This document shows positions 8,909 through 18,851 of a stretch of 41,081 nt of DNA, in pieces. The position numbers and the translations under genes were made by a program. Source of the stretch: Polyangiaceae bacterium (lineage in GTDB: Bacteria; Myxococcota_A; Polyangia; Polyangiales; Polyangiaceae); contig JBGANF010000067.1 in the NCBI GenBank assembly GCA_044222475.1, positions 1 to 41,081 on the forward strand, read 5' to 3'. The notes under the pieces are model-generated. The model was given only the letters and a program-made list of their open reading frames with translations, searched no databases and had not been told where the DNA came from. How positions within the stretch are numbered: the first letter of the stretch is position 1; every line of letters begins with the position of its first letter.

Positions 8909-9876
8909 GGTTTGGGCTCCGGAGGGCGTTTCAAGAACCACTCGACGGTGCGACGTAGACCGTCTTCGAGCTCGACCGCAGGACGGTAGCCGAGGCGCCC
9001 GAGCTTCTCGATGGATGGGCAGCGGCGGCGCGTGGCCCCGGCAGGTGCCTCTCCGGGGACGAGCGTCGCCTCCACCCCGAGGATGCGCGCGAGCTCGCTC
9101 GCCACCCAGCTGATCGTGACCTCGCGCTCGGTACCACCGTGGTAAATCTCGCCGCTCGTCCCGGAGAGTCCGGCGATCGCCGCTGCGGCGACGCCGTCGT
9201 CCACGTAGCAGAACGAGCGTGACTCGGTGCCGTCGCCCTGAATCGGGAGGTCGATCTTCTTCTTCTTCAGGCCATCGCTGAGGTCGTAGATGCGTCGGAT
9301 GAGCTCCGGGACGACGTGCTCGTTGCCCATGTCCGGCCCGTAGAAGTTGTGGGGCCGGAAGATGATCGGCTCGAGCCCGCGCCGGCCGCCCAAGTGGAGC
9401 GCGAGGAGCTCGCTGGCCATCTTTCCACCCCCGTACGAGAAGCGCGGGTTGTGCACGTCCGGCATGATCAGCCGCTCCGTCTCGGGGGTCGGGATGGTGG
9501 TCGGCGTCTGGTACACCTCGCTCGAGCTGAAGAGCACGTAGCGGCGCACGCCTTCGGCGAGGGCGGCCTCGATCGTGTGCAGGGCTCCCTTGATGGCGAC
9601 CTCGACGACGACGTCGGGACGCTCGTAGAAGAAGCGCGTTCCGTTCACGCTCGCGAGGTGCCAGACCATCTCGCAGCCGCGGGTCGCCTCGCGCACGCTC
9701 GCCATGTCGCGCACGTCGCCGTGGACGATCTCGATTCGATCGGCGATGGACGCGAGGCGATCGGGCCGACCGCGCGAGTAGTCGTCCAGCGCCCGAACTT
9801 CGTGCCCCTCGGCGAGGAGCTTGGCGCACAGCGGCGCGCCGAGGAACCCGCCGCCACCCGTCACGAGCATCTTCAC
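8905..9876 (-). CDS. NAD-dependent epimerase/dehydratase (extended SDR)
   Basis: LVTGGGGFLG, SSSEVY, YGGGK (YxxxK), RPHNFYGP, RSFCYVDD. GTGA overlap. Confidence 0.93.
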   Translation of the reverse strand: MKMLVTGGGGFLGAPLCAKLLAEGHEVRALDDYSRGRPDRLASIADRIEIVHGDVRDMASVREATRGCEMVWHLASVNGTRFFYERPDVVVEVAIKGALHTIEAALAEGVRRYVLFSSSEVYQTPTTIPTPETERLIMPDVHNPRFSYGGGKMASELLALHLGGRRGLEPIIFRPHNFYGPDMGNEHVVPELIRRIYDLSDGLKKKKIDLPIQGDGTESRSFCYVDDGVAAAAIAGLSGTSGEIYHGGTEREVTISWVASELARILGVEATLVPGEAPAGATRRRCPSIEKLGRLGYRPAVELEDGLRRTVEWFLKRPPEPKP

Positions 9877-11000
9877 GAGATCACCTCCCGGTAGATGGCC
9901 AGCGTTCCTTCGGCGGTCGTTCGCCACTGGAACTGCTTGACCTTTTCGAGCCCATCGGCGCGCATGCGTGCCGCGAGCTGGGGGTCGTCGGCGATCCGTC
10001 GGAGCGCGGTGGCGATCGCCTCGTCGTCGTCGGGGTCGACGAGAAGACCCGCGCCGCCCGAGACCTCGGGCATCGACGAGCGGTTCGACGTCACGACCGG
10101 GCACCCCGCGCCGAGGGCTTCGCTCGGAGGGTTGCCGAACCCTTCCCCGAGCGACGGGTGGCAGAGGCAGATCGCGCCCCAATAGAGGGCGCGCAGCCGC
10201 GGAAACGGGACGTTCTTCAAGAAGTGCACGCGCGACTCGACGCCGTACTCGCGGATCAGGCCGAGCAGGCGCGATCCCTTGCCCAACCGCTGGACGAGGA
10301 CGAGGTGGACCGACGGGTCGTCCGCGAACGCTCGGGCGAACGCCCGCACGACGCCCGCGTGGTTCTTGTATCCGGCGAACTGTCCGACGGTGAGCACGTA
10401 CCGGCGTGCACCTGGGACGAGCTCTCGGCGGACCTCGTCCACGAGCCGCTGATCCTCCTCGGTCTTCATCGGGTGCCAATCGTCGTGCACACCGTAGTAC
10501 GTCACCCGCGTTCGTTCGGCTGCCGCGCGATCGAGCTTGGCGATCTCGCGCTTGGTTGCGTGACTGATGGCGGCGATGCGGATCGACTTGCGAAGCGCCC
10601 GCGCGATGCCGTGCCGAGCGAACGCTTGCTCGATTCGACCCCAGACGCCGGGCGGCCGGCACCACTCCGGGTTCGTCATCCACATCACGTCGTGGATCGT
10701 GGTGACGGTGGGCATCGTGAGCCCCGCGGGCATGATGTTGAACGTCGCATGGAAGAGCTTCACTCCGCGCAGGTCGACGACCCGCGGCAGCGCCCACATC
10801 GTGGCAGGGCCGTTGGGCTCGTGCGGTACCACGACCTCGGTCACGTTCGCCGCGGTCGTCAGGCGCGCGGCCGTCGGGTGCCGGAGGAAGAGGAACTTCA
10901 GATCGGGCGCGAGACCGGGGATCCAATCGACGAGCGACTGGACGTAGGGGCCGATGCCGCTCGGTCGATCGCGGATGTAGCGGCAGTCGATCGCGATCAC
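9873..11000 (-). CDS. Glycosyltransferase family 4 (GT-B)
   Basis: SGIGPY, TTIHD, YKNH, PSLGEGFGNPPSEA, SSMPEV motifs. Confidence 0.93.
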   Translation of the reverse strand: MIAIDCRYIRDRPSGIGPYVQSLVDWIPGLAPDLKFLFLRHPTAARLTTAANVTEVVVPHEPNGPATMWALPRVVDLRGVKLFHATFNIMPAGLTMPTVTTIHDVMWMTNPEWCRPPGVWGRIEQAFARHGIARALRKSIRIAAISHATKREIAKLDRAAAERTRVTYYGVHDDWHPMKTEEDQRLVDEVRRELVPGARRYVLTVGQFAGYKNHAGVVRAFARAFADDPSVHLVLVQRLGKGSRLLGLIREYGVESRVHFLKNVPFPRLRALYWGAICLCHPSLGEGFGNPPSEALGAGCPVVTSNRSSMPEVSGGAGLLVDPDDDEAIATALRRIADDPQLAARMRADGLEKVKQFQWRTTAEGTLAIYREVIS

Positions 11001-11089
11001 GTGACGGCGCGCCGGAAAAGACGAAGCATTGCGCGGGGACCTATAGCACAGCCGAAATCCGGTTCGATCATGTAAGCTCGCGACGCTCG

Positions 11090-12301
11090 ATGGCGGCTCC
11101 GGCGACGGTACTCTTCGATCTCACTCCGCTCGATACCCAGAGTCGATACCGAGGGCACGGCCGCTACATCTGCGATCTCGCGGCGGGCCTCGCGCGGCTT
11201 CCGGCTCGGCACCTCGAGGGGATGCGGCTCGTCGGGCTCACGCACCTTCGCACCGACGGCCGCTTCCAGACCACGACGGATCTCGCGAGCTTCACCGGAA
11301 CGCCCGGGCTCACGCCGAGAGACATGAACCACTACGCCTGGTCGTGGCGCCGGCGGGCTCTCCTCTGGTGGGTCTGCCGCCGCCTCGGCGCGGCGGCGGT
11401 CCACATGGGGGACGCCACCGGTGTCCCATTCCTCATGCCGCTCTCGGGGTGCAAGCGCATCGTCACCTGTCACGACATGACGCCTTCTCACTGGCCCGAG
11501 CGGTACTTCGACCTGGGGGGCGGCGGTCCGATCTTCGGTCCGATGATCGAGGCGCGTCGCTACTGGTCGGCCGACTACGTCGTCGCGATCAGCGACGCCG
11601 TGCTCGAGGACGCGGTGACGATCGCCGGAGTCGACCGCAGCCGGATCACCCGGGTGTACAACGGCATCGACGTGGACCGGTGGGCGGCGCCGCTCCCTCC
11701 GACCGCACGCGCGGTACGCGAGCGCTTGGCGCTCGGTGCGCGTCCCTTCTTTCTCTACGTGGGTGACGCGGGGTGGCACAAGAACGTCGAAGGCATCGTG
11801 GGCGGGGTCGCGCGAGCGCGATCCTTGGGTCACGACGTGGACCTCCTTTGGGCCGGGCTGCTCTCCACCGAACGCGCAGCGAGGATCGACGCACTCGCGC
11901 GCGAGGCGGGGATACTGCCGAACGTTCGCCGGCTCGGGTACGTCGCCGACGACGACCTTCACGTGCTCTACCGCGAGTGCACGGCGCACGTCTTCGTGTC
12001 GCGGGCGGAAGGATTCGGGATGCCGTTGCTCGAAGCGATGGCCGCCGGCGCGCCCACGATTGCGTCGTCCATCGGGCCGCTGCGCGAGGTCGGCGGGGAC
12101 GCGCCCACCTTCGTCGATCCGGAGGATCACGCGGCGATCGGAGATGCGATGGCCCGCATGCTCGTGGATCCCGAGCTGCGGCGCCGATCGTCGGTGGCGG
12201 GGACGACGCGCGCCAGACTCTTCACGTGCGACCATCAAGCGAGGCAGATGGCGAACGTGTACCGACGCGTCGTCGGGCTCCCCGTCGTGGACGAGTCGTG
12301 A
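11090..12301 (+). CDS. Glycosyltransferase family 4 (GT-B)
   Basis: RGHGRY, VTCHD, HKNV, SRAEGFGMPLLEAMAAG. Confidence 0.93.
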   Translation: MAAPATVLFDLTPLDTQSRYRGHGRYICDLAAGLARLPARHLEGMRLVGLTHLRTDGRFQTTTDLASFTGTPGLTPRDMNHYAWSWRRRALLWWVCRRLGAAAVHMGDATGVPFLMPLSGCKRIVTCHDMTPSHWPERYFDLGGGGPIFGPMIEARRYWSADYVVAISDAVLEDAVTIAGVDRSRITRVYNGIDVDRWAAPLPPTARAVRERLALGARPFFLYVGDAGWHKNVEGIVGGVARARSLGHDVDLLWAGLLSTERAARIDALAREAGILPNVRRLGYVADDDLHVLYRECTAHVFVSRAEGFGMPLLEAMAAGAPTIASSIGPLREVGGDAPTFVDPEDHAAIGDAMARMLVDPELRRRSSVAGTTRARLFTCDHQARQMANVYRRVVGLPVVDES

Positions 12302-12348
12302 GCGCCGACCACCGTGGCGAGCCCTGGGCCCTTCGGTTATAGAGAGTC

Positions 12349-13194
12349 ATGTCGTCGGCGTCCGTAGGCTGGTCGACCCGCCTTGGTGCGCTCCACGGCG
12401 TGGTGCGCGCGCGCCTTCTCCAAGCACTCTTGGGCAAGCACGCGATCGGCGTTCTGTTCGACACGAAGAACGGCCTCATCGTGGTTCCGAGTCACGACGA
12501 CACGTTCAGCAACCGTCTGGGGAAGTACGGGGCGAGCGACGAAACTGCGCTCACCGAGCTGCTCTCTCTCGTCGACGCCACGTCGCGGGTTCTGGTCGTG
12601 GGCGCGCATTTGGGAGTACTGGCCATTCCGCTCGCGAAGAAGGTCGAGCGATGCGTGGCCATCGAAGCCAATCCAGACACGTTCCGCTTTCTCCAAATGA
12701 ACGTGGCCCTGGCCAACCTGCGCAACATGACGCTCCACAACGTGGCTGCGAGCAACGAGAACGGAGACCTTCGGTTCGTGCTCTCCAGGTCCAACTCCGG
12801 CGGATCGAAGCGGGAGCCGAAGCACAAGGACTACGTCTACTACGCGGACGACCCGAAGACCGTGAGCGTGCCCGCGGTGGTGCTCGACGAGCTCCTCGAG
12901 GGCCAAACCTTCGACCTCGTGGTCGTCGACATCGAGGGGTCGGAGTACTTCGCCCTCCAAGGGATGAAGCGCATCCTGAGCAGCTGTCGGAACCTGCACA
13001 TCGAGTACGTCGCTCACCATCTGGAGCGGGTGGCCGGCGTCGACGACGAGGCCTTCCTGTCGCTGCTTCGTCCCCATTTTTCGACAGGTCGCGTGTCCGG
13101 AACCTCGCGCGTCGTGGTCGAGTCCGAGTTCCGAGAGCTGGTGCGGGCGCTGAAGACCGACGGCGGTGGCGACTTGCTGTTTTCGAAGTCATGA
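12349..13194 (+). CDS. FkbM-family methyltransferase
   Basis: VVGAHLG, AIEANP, NVALANL and VVDIEGSE motifs. Confidence 0.88.
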   Translation: MSSASVGWSTRLGALHGVVRARLLQALLGKHAIGVLFDTKNGLIVVPSHDDTFSNRLGKYGASDETALTELLSLVDATSRVLVVGAHLGVLAIPLAKKVERCVAIEANPDTFRFLQMNVALANLRNMTLHNVAASNENGDLRFVLSRSNSGGSKREPKHKDYVYYADDPKTVSVPAVVLDELLEGQTFDLVVVDIEGSEYFALQGMKRILSSCRNLHIEYVAHHLERVAGVDDEAFLSLLRPHFSTGRVSGTSRVVVESEFRELVRALKTDGGGDLLFSKS

Positions 13195-14405
13195 GCCGAA
13201 GCGAGCCGCGGGTGGCAACGTACTGCCTCGACTTGACGCTCTTGCACACCTTCAATCGTGTTCGGGGAATTGGACGTTATGGTGCGCAGCTCGCGCAGGC
13301 CTTGGCCGCGCTGAGATCGACGTCGTTCGGACCGCAGGAGCGCATCATCGCGCTCACCTGCTCGGCCGCGGGCGACTTCGTGACGACGTCGGATCTGGTG
13401 TCCGCGTCGAACGTCGGGGCGGCGCTGGGCGAGAGTGAAGCTTGGGGGCGGCACTTCAAGCGCTATCTATGGCGCCATCGCTGGTCCGCCGCGCGGGCGC
13501 TGCGGCGTGCGAAGGTCGATGTCGCGCACTTCCTCGAGAAGCACACGACGCGCATCTCGCGCGGATACCGAACCGTCGTCACGTGTCACGACTTCGTGCC
13601 CATCCTGCACCCCACCGGCTATCACCCGAGGTGGTACGCGTACGTCGAGAAGGCGCGCGACAAGTGGGTATTTTCGCGCGCCGATCGCGTCATTGCCATC
13701 TCCGAAGCCACCCGACGCGACTACGAGAAGCTGTTCGGGCGTTCGGCCGGTCACGTCGCGGTCGTGCCCCAAGGCCTCGACCACTCGGTGTTTCATCCAC
13801 GAGTGGCTCCCGACGAGACCACGGCGCTCCGACGCAAACACGATCTGCCGGAGAGGTTCTTGTTGAGCATGGGCAACCTCGATGCGCGCAAGAAGCCAGG
13901 CGTCCTCTTCGACGTCGCGCGGTTTGCGTTCGAGGCCTGGCGGATGCCGCTCGTCGTCGCCGGCGTGTCCCTCGGGGACTTGGGCGAGCCCGAACGGAGG
14001 CAGGTCGCCGCATCCCCGCCGGGTGCGATTCGCTTCTTGGGAGCAGTGCCCCAAGACGAAGTAGCGCCCCTGTACCGCGCGGCCTGGGCGCACGTCTTTC
14101 CGTCAGCCTACGAGGGGTTCGGGCTGACCGTGCTCGAGGCGATGGGGTGTGGCTGCCCCGTGGTGACGACCCACGCCGGTGCCTTGCGCGAGGTTGCAGC
14201 CGACGCGGCGAGGATCGTCCCAGTGGGGGACGCCTCGGCGATGTCCGCCGTCCTTCGCGAGTGGTTCGAGGACGAAGCCGCGCGCCAGCGGGTCATCGCG
14301 TCGGGGATCGAGCGGGCGGCGCACTTCAGCTGGAAGGCGTGCGCCGAGGCCACGTTGGCGTCGTATCGATCGTGCGCCACCGCTGCAGCGTGCTCGAAGC
14401 CATGA
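13191..14405 (+). CDS. Glycosyltransferase family 4 (GT-B)
   Basis: RGIGRY, VTCHD, FPSAYEGFGLTVLEAMGCG. ATGA overlap with the FkbM gene. Confidence 0.93.
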   Translation: MSRSEPRVATYCLDLTLLHTFNRVRGIGRYGAQLAQALAALRSTSFGPQERIIALTCSAAGDFVTTSDLVSASNVGAALGESEAWGRHFKRYLWRHRWSAARALRRAKVDVAHFLEKHTTRISRGYRTVVTCHDFVPILHPTGYHPRWYAYVEKARDKWVFSRADRVIAISEATRRDYEKLFGRSAGHVAVVPQGLDHSVFHPRVAPDETTALRRKHDLPERFLLSMGNLDARKKPGVLFDVARFAFEAWRMPLVVAGVSLGDLGEPERRQVAASPPGAIRFLGAVPQDEVAPLYRAAWAHVFPSAYEGFGLTVLEAMGCGCPVVTTHAGALREVAADAARIVPVGDASAMSAVLREWFEDEAARQRVIASGIERAAHFSWKACAEATLASYRSCATAAACSKP

Positions 14406-15730
14406 CCGGTGGAGCTCTCCGGGACGTCCGCTTCGCTCCGAAGGCACCGTCACTGCCTTTCGTCGGCCGCGCGTTGAGCTTCCGCCGAGGCACCGTCGAG
14501 GCCCTCGAGCAGGTTCGCGACGACTACGGCGATCTCGTCTGGATCCACGTCTTCGGGCGCGTCAGCGCGCTCGCATTTCTGAGCGCGGACGGCCTGGAGG
14601 TCGGGTTCCGCAACAAGGACGGCGCGTACTCCAATCGCCTCGGCTGGGAGCGATACCTCGACCACGTGTTTCCGGGCGCCATCCTCGCGATGGATGGTGA
14701 CGAACACCGCCACCACCGTCGCATCCTCCAAGAGGCCTTCACGCGCGAGAGCCTCGATGGCTACGTCGAGCAGATGAACCCGGTCATAGGCCGGCGCATC
14801 GCCGCTCTGCGCACCCGGCGCTCCGCGAGCATCTACCCGTTCGTCAAATCCCTCGCGCTCGACATCGCCACGCGCGTCTTCATGGGCGCGGAACCTGGCG
14901 CCGACGCCGACCGGATCAACCGGGCGTTCGTCGATGCAGTCGAGGCCTCGATCGCTCTCGTGCGACTGCCGGTGTGGCCGCTCCGCTACTACAAGGGGAT
15001 TCGGGGGCAGGCGTTCCTCGCCGAGCGGTTCCGGCAGCAGCTCGGCGCGAAGCGCGCAAAGCAGAGCGCCGATCTCTTCAGCAAGCTCTGCCACGTTCGG
15101 TCCGAGGACGGCGAAGCGTTCACCGACGAAGAGGTCGTCCATCACATGGTCTTCGTGATGATGGCCGCTCACGACACCAGCACGAGCACGCTCTCCACCG
15201 CGATCTACTTCCTCGCGAAGCACCCCGAGTGGCAGGAGCGCCTCCGGGAGCGGAGCATGGCGCTCCCGGACGAGCTGTCCCTCGAGGAGCTCGAGCACCT
15301 CGAGGAGCACACGTGGGTCATGGACGAGTCGCTCCGTCTCCACCCTCCGTTGCCGTTCATGCCGCGGGTGACCGTGGCGGAGACGGAGTTCGCTGGATAC
15401 CGCATCCCTGCGGGCGTGCTCGCGGGGTTCGCTCCCCTCGTGGTTCACCGCGATCCACGGCACTGGACGCGACCGAGCACCTTCGACCCCGAGCGATTCT
15501 CGACCGACCGGGCCGAGCACAAGAGTCACCCGTACGCCTTCGCGCCGTTCGGCGGTGGCCGTCATCTCTGCATCGGCAAGCGCTTCGGGCAGCTCGAGAT
15601 CCGCGCGACGCTCCATCACATGCTGAAGAAGCTTCGCTGGTCGGTGCCCGAAGGATACGAGATGCCCTTCCAGTTCGCGCCGATCGGGAAACCGAAGGAC
15701 GGCCTCCCCGTGCGGATCGCCGCGGTCTGA
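14402..15730 (+). CDS. Cytochrome P450
   Basis: I-helix AAHDTS, ESLR (ExxR), FDPERF, heme motif PFGGGRHLCIG. ATGA overlap with the GT4 gene. Confidence 0.96.
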   Translation: MTGGALRDVRFAPKAPSLPFVGRALSFRRGTVEALEQVRDDYGDLVWIHVFGRVSALAFLSADGLEVGFRNKDGAYSNRLGWERYLDHVFPGAILAMDGDEHRHHRRILQEAFTRESLDGYVEQMNPVIGRRIAALRTRRSASIYPFVKSLALDIATRVFMGAEPGADADRINRAFVDAVEASIALVRLPVWPLRYYKGIRGQAFLAERFRQQLGAKRAKQSADLFSKLCHVRSEDGEAFTDEEVVHHMVFVMMAAHDTSTSTLSTAIYFLAKHPEWQERLRERSMALPDELSLEELEHLEEHTWVMDESLRLHPPLPFMPRVTVAETEFAGYRIPAGVLAGFAPLVVHRDPRHWTRPSTFDPERFSTDRAEHKSHPYAFAPFGGGRHLCIGKRFGQLEIRATLHHMLKKLRWSVPEGYEMPFQFAPIGKPKDGLPVRIAAV

Positions 15731-15735
15731 CCGCC

Positions 15736-16140
15736 TCACGCGTTTCGCAGGAAGGTCGCGACCTCGGCGAAGCGCGCATCGAGGAACGCGCGGACGTCGC
15801 CGTCGATGCCTCTCGCGTTCATTGCGTGTTGCATGCATCGCAGCCACGCGTCGCGCATCGCCTCGTCGACCGGGACCTTCGCGTGGCGCATGCGCAGCCG
15901 CGGGTGACCGTGCTTCGCCATGTAGTCCTGCGGACCGCCGAGCCAGCCCACGAGGAACAGCGCGAACCGGTCGCGCGCCGTTCGCGTGATGCGTCCCTGC
16001 TCGTCGAGCGGGTGCAGCTTCGCGAGCGCGGGCTCGTTCGCTTCCATCGCGTCGTAGAACGCCTCGGCGAGGGCGAGCGTCGCCTCGCGGCCGCCGATCC
16101 GCTTGAACGGCGAGTCGAGCTCGGTCGGGACCCAGCTCAT
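15736..16140 (-). CDS. Group II truncated hemoglobin (2/2 globin)
   Basis: IGG, FY, WLGGPQDY, HGHPRLRMRH and RDAWLRCM motifs typical of trHbO. Confidence 0.92.
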   Translation of the reverse strand: MSWVPTELDSPFKRIGGREATLALAEAFYDAMEANEPALAKLHPLDEQGRITRTARDRFALFLVGWLGGPQDYMAKHGHPRLRMRHAKVPVDEAMRDAWLRCMQHAMNARGIDGDVRAFLDARFAEVATFLRNA

Positions 16141-16535
16141 TTCTTGGGACGCGGCACCATCGCGCACTTGCCCTCGAAGCAGCCGCACGCGTTGGCTTCG
16201 ATCGCGTTGCATTGGAAATCCTGGGTGCACGCGAGGTTCGGCGGCACGGGTGGAGCCTTCGCCTTCGCGACGCACCCCTTCGCGTGGCACACGGCATCCG
16301 GCGCGCAGTCGTCGGCGGTCTTGCACGGGTCGGCGCTGACGACCGGGTCGCACAGCGAGCACCCACAGAGCTTGGGGCCCGCGTCGACCTGCGTGACCGG
16401 GGCCGCCCCGGCCTCGACGGGCTCCATGTTCGAGGCGCTGCCATCGGGGACGGTGACGGTCGGCGAGGCCGCCTCTCCCGGGCAGCCGGGGAGGAGGAGC
16501 AAGGCGAAGGGGAGGGCGAGGACGAGAGCGCGCAT
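16137..16535 (-). CDS. Small Cys-rich lipoprotein
   Basis: LLLLPGC lipobox; C-terminal domain with about 12 Cys (CKTADDC, CHAKGCV, CGCFEGKC). Stop overlaps the globin ATG. Confidence 0.75.
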   Translation of the reverse strand: MRALVLALPFALLLLPGCPGEAASPTVTVPDGSASNMEPVEAGAAPVTQVDAGPKLCGCSLCDPVVSADPCKTADDCAPDAVCHAKGCVAKAKAPPVPPNLACTQDFQCNAIEANACGCFEGKCAMVPRPKK

Positions 16536-16589
16536 GGCGCGTCACCATACCATTGCCGCGTCGCCTCGCTCGCCCTAGCGTCGGGCTCG

Positions 16590-17249
16590 ATGAATGTCGT
16601 CCGCTTCGAGCGCCGTGACGAGAACGGCTGGCCGCTGGTGATGCACGTCGTGGAGCTCGGCAACGGCGAGCTGTTGATCCACAGCCCGACCCGCATCGAC
16701 GATCGCACCTACGACGCGATCGCGGAGCTCGGTACGGTGAGGTATCTCTTCGCGCCGAACCACTTCCACAACGTCAGCATCGACCGCTACGCGAAGCGCT
16801 TCCCCCGCGCCGTCGTCATCGCGAGCCACGGCGCGATCCCGCGGTTGCGCGGAAAGGTGAAGACCCCGGTCGAGCCGCTCGAGAGCGTCGAGCTGCCGAA
16901 GGGTGCGCATTTCCTGGTGCCCGAAGGGACGAAGAGCGGCGAAGCGTGGCTCTCGATCGACGGCGCGAACGGCCCGACGTGGATCGTGTGCGACGCGTTC
17001 TTCAACGAGACGCGGCCGGTCAAAGGGCTGTTCGGGTTCGTGGTCCGCCGATTGAAGATCGCTCCGGGCCTGTGCGTCGGGCGGACGTACACGTTCCTCG
17101 CGCTTCGGGACTCGAAGAAGTACCTCGCCGACGTGCTCGCGATGATCCAGAAGGAGAAGCCGGTCCGCGTGCTCTTCTCCCACGGCGATCCGCTCGAGGA
17201 GAACGTCTCGGCGGCGCTCACCGCGATCCTCCGCGAGCGGATTGGCTGA
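16590..17249 (+). CDS. DUF4336-like protein (metallo-beta-lactamase-like fold)
   Basis: LLIHSP, FAPNHFH, IVCDAFFN and FSHGD pattern. Confidence 0.7.
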   Translation: MNVVRFERRDENGWPLVMHVVELGNGELLIHSPTRIDDRTYDAIAELGTVRYLFAPNHFHNVSIDRYAKRFPRAVVIASHGAIPRLRGKVKTPVEPLESVELPKGAHFLVPEGTKSGEAWLSIDGANGPTWIVCDAFFNETRPVKGLFGFVVRRLKIAPGLCVGRTYTFLALRDSKKYLADVLAMIQKEKPVRVLFSHGDPLEENVSAALTAILRERIG

Positions 17250-17255
17250 TACGAT
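17250..17255 (+). promoter_or_regulatory. Putative -10 box TACGAT of a leaderless promoter
   Basis: 6 nt before ATG 17262, no Shine-Dalgarno sequence. Confidence 0.45.
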
Positions 17256-17261
17256 TCGAAG

Positions 17262-18851
17262 ATGCGTCGCATCTTCGCCTTGCTCGCCTTCGCCGTGGCC
17301 TGCTCTTCGACCGAGCAGCCGTTTCAACCGATCCCCGACGGCGGCGGAGACGCGAGCGACGCTCCCGTCGGCTGCCCCGGTTCGCAGCTCTCGTGCAGCG
17401 GCACGTGCGTCGACACGAAGACGAGCGCCGCGCACTGCGGCGGCTGCGGCCTCGCGTGCGGCGCCGGGGAGACGTGTTGCGCGGGCGCGGGGTGCTCGTC
17501 GGACTCGGCGTGCGGCTTCGTCGTCTCGAGCATCGCGCCGAAGGACGGGTACATCGGCGGCGGCACGTGGGTCACGCTGACGGGGAAGGGCTTCGCCGCC
17601 GGCATGAAGGCGTTCGTCGGCGACGGCCGCGCGCCCATTCGCGTGGTCGACGCGACGAGCGCGATGATCCTCACGCCGCCGGCGCCGGGCGGCGTCTACG
17701 ACATCCGACTCGAGCTGTCCGGCAAGACCGCCACGCTGCCGAAGTCGTTCCGCTACGTGTCGCAGTCGTTCAGCCAGCAGTGGGTCAAGATCGCGATGAG
17801 CACCGCGCGCGGGAATTTTCCGGCGGTCACCACGCTCCAAGACGGCCGCGTCCTCGTCGCCGGCGGCACAGTCACCTCCGATCCGAACACCTCGCTCGAC
17901 ACCGCCGAGCTCTACGACCCGCAGACGAAGAAGATGGTTGCCGCGGCGAACAAGATGACGGTGAAACGCAACACGACCGTCGCGATCACCCTGCTCGACG
18001 GCCGCGCGCTCGTCGTGGGGGCGTGCAACCTGTCCACCGGCAACGGCTGCTACGTCCCCGGCGATCGCGCCACCGCCGACCTGTTCGATCCGAAGACGAA
18101 CACGTTCACCGAAGCCAAGGGCAAGCTCACCGACGCCACGCGCTTCTACCATCGCTTGACGCTCCTCCCCGACGGGAAGGTCCTCGTCGTGTCGAGCGGC
18201 AACGCCACCGCCGAGCTCTTCGATCCCGTGACCGAGACCTTCTCGAAGGTGACGCAGACGTCGAAGCTCTCGTCGTTTGGCTTCCCGGCGCGTCTGCGCG
18301 ACGGTCGCGTGATCTTCGCCGGCGCCCAGCTCGAGACCTACGACGAAGACACCGGCAACGTCGCGTCGCTCGGCGCCGGCTTCGCCCACGGCTCGTCGGC
18401 GGTGTACGTCCTTCCCGACGGCGGCGTGCTCTCCCCGGGCGGCGCCGACGTGATCACGAACACCGTGACACCGACCGACGAGGTCGCCGTCTACGATCCC
18501 AAAAAGGGACAGACCACCGTGCTCCCCAAGAAGCTCTCGTCGCCGCGCCTGAAGTTCGCGTCGGCGCTCCTCGGCGACGGCACCGTCATGGTCGCGGCCG
18601 GCGTCGCCGCGCCCTACCCGGTGACCTACGGGTGCCAGTCCAACACGTTCCCGACGACGAGCGCCGTCGACGTGGTCGATGCGGCGAAGTCGCTCGTCAC
18701 GCCGTTCCCGGCCATCCAGGAGAACAACATGGAGCTCGTGGCCGCGACGCTCCTCGACGGATCCATCCTCATCGGCGGCGGCGCCCCCTGCGGCGGAGCC
18801 GGCGCGTACCCCTACGTCTACTTCCTGCAGGGCTTGCCCGCACCGAACTGA
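17262..18851 (+). CDS. Lipoprotein with Cys-rich module, IPT/TIG domain and kelch repeats
   Basis: FAVAC lipobox; CVDTKTSAAHCGGCGLAC; SIAPKDGYIGGGTWVTLTGKGF; repeated LxDGRVLVAGG and AELYDP units. Confidence 0.85.
   Translation: MRRIFALLAFAVACSSTEQPFQPIPDGGGDASDAPVGCPGSQLSCSGTCVDTKTSAAHCGGCGLACGAGETCCAGAGCSSDSACGFVVSSIAPKDGYIGGGTWVTLTGKGFAAGMKAFVGDGRAPIRVVDATSAMILTPPAPGGVYDIRLELSGKTATLPKSFRYVSQSFSQQWVKIAMSTARGNFPAVTTLQDGRVLVAGGTVTSDPNTSLDTAELYDPQTKKMVAAANKMTVKRNTTVAITLLDGRALVVGACNLSTGNGCYVPGDRATADLFDPKTNTFTEAKGKLTDATRFYHRLTLLPDGKVLVVSSGNATAELFDPVTETFSKVTQTSKLSSFGFPARLRDGRVIFAGAQLETYDEDTGNVASLGAGFAHGSSAVYVLPDGGVLSPGGADVITNTVTPTDEVAVYDPKKGQTTVLPKKLSSPRLKFASALLGDGTVMVAAGVAAPYPVTYGCQSNTFPTTSAVDVVDAAKSLVTPFPAIQENNMELVAATLLDGSILIGGGAPCGGAGAYPYVYFLQGLPAPN

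Noticed and set aside
14402..15730. P450 as the maturase of the AYG proteins (biarylitide- or cittilin-like crosslinking)
   Set aside because: It lies 11 kb and 23 kb from those genes, is coupled to a glycosyltransferase operon, and no short YxH or YxY precursor was seen next to it.
18140..18190. RFYHRLTLLPDG resembles the Tyr-His copper-ligand motif of galactose oxidase (AA5)
   Set aside because: It also fits a generic kelch blade, and no C-terminal Ig-like domain supplying the distal His is present.
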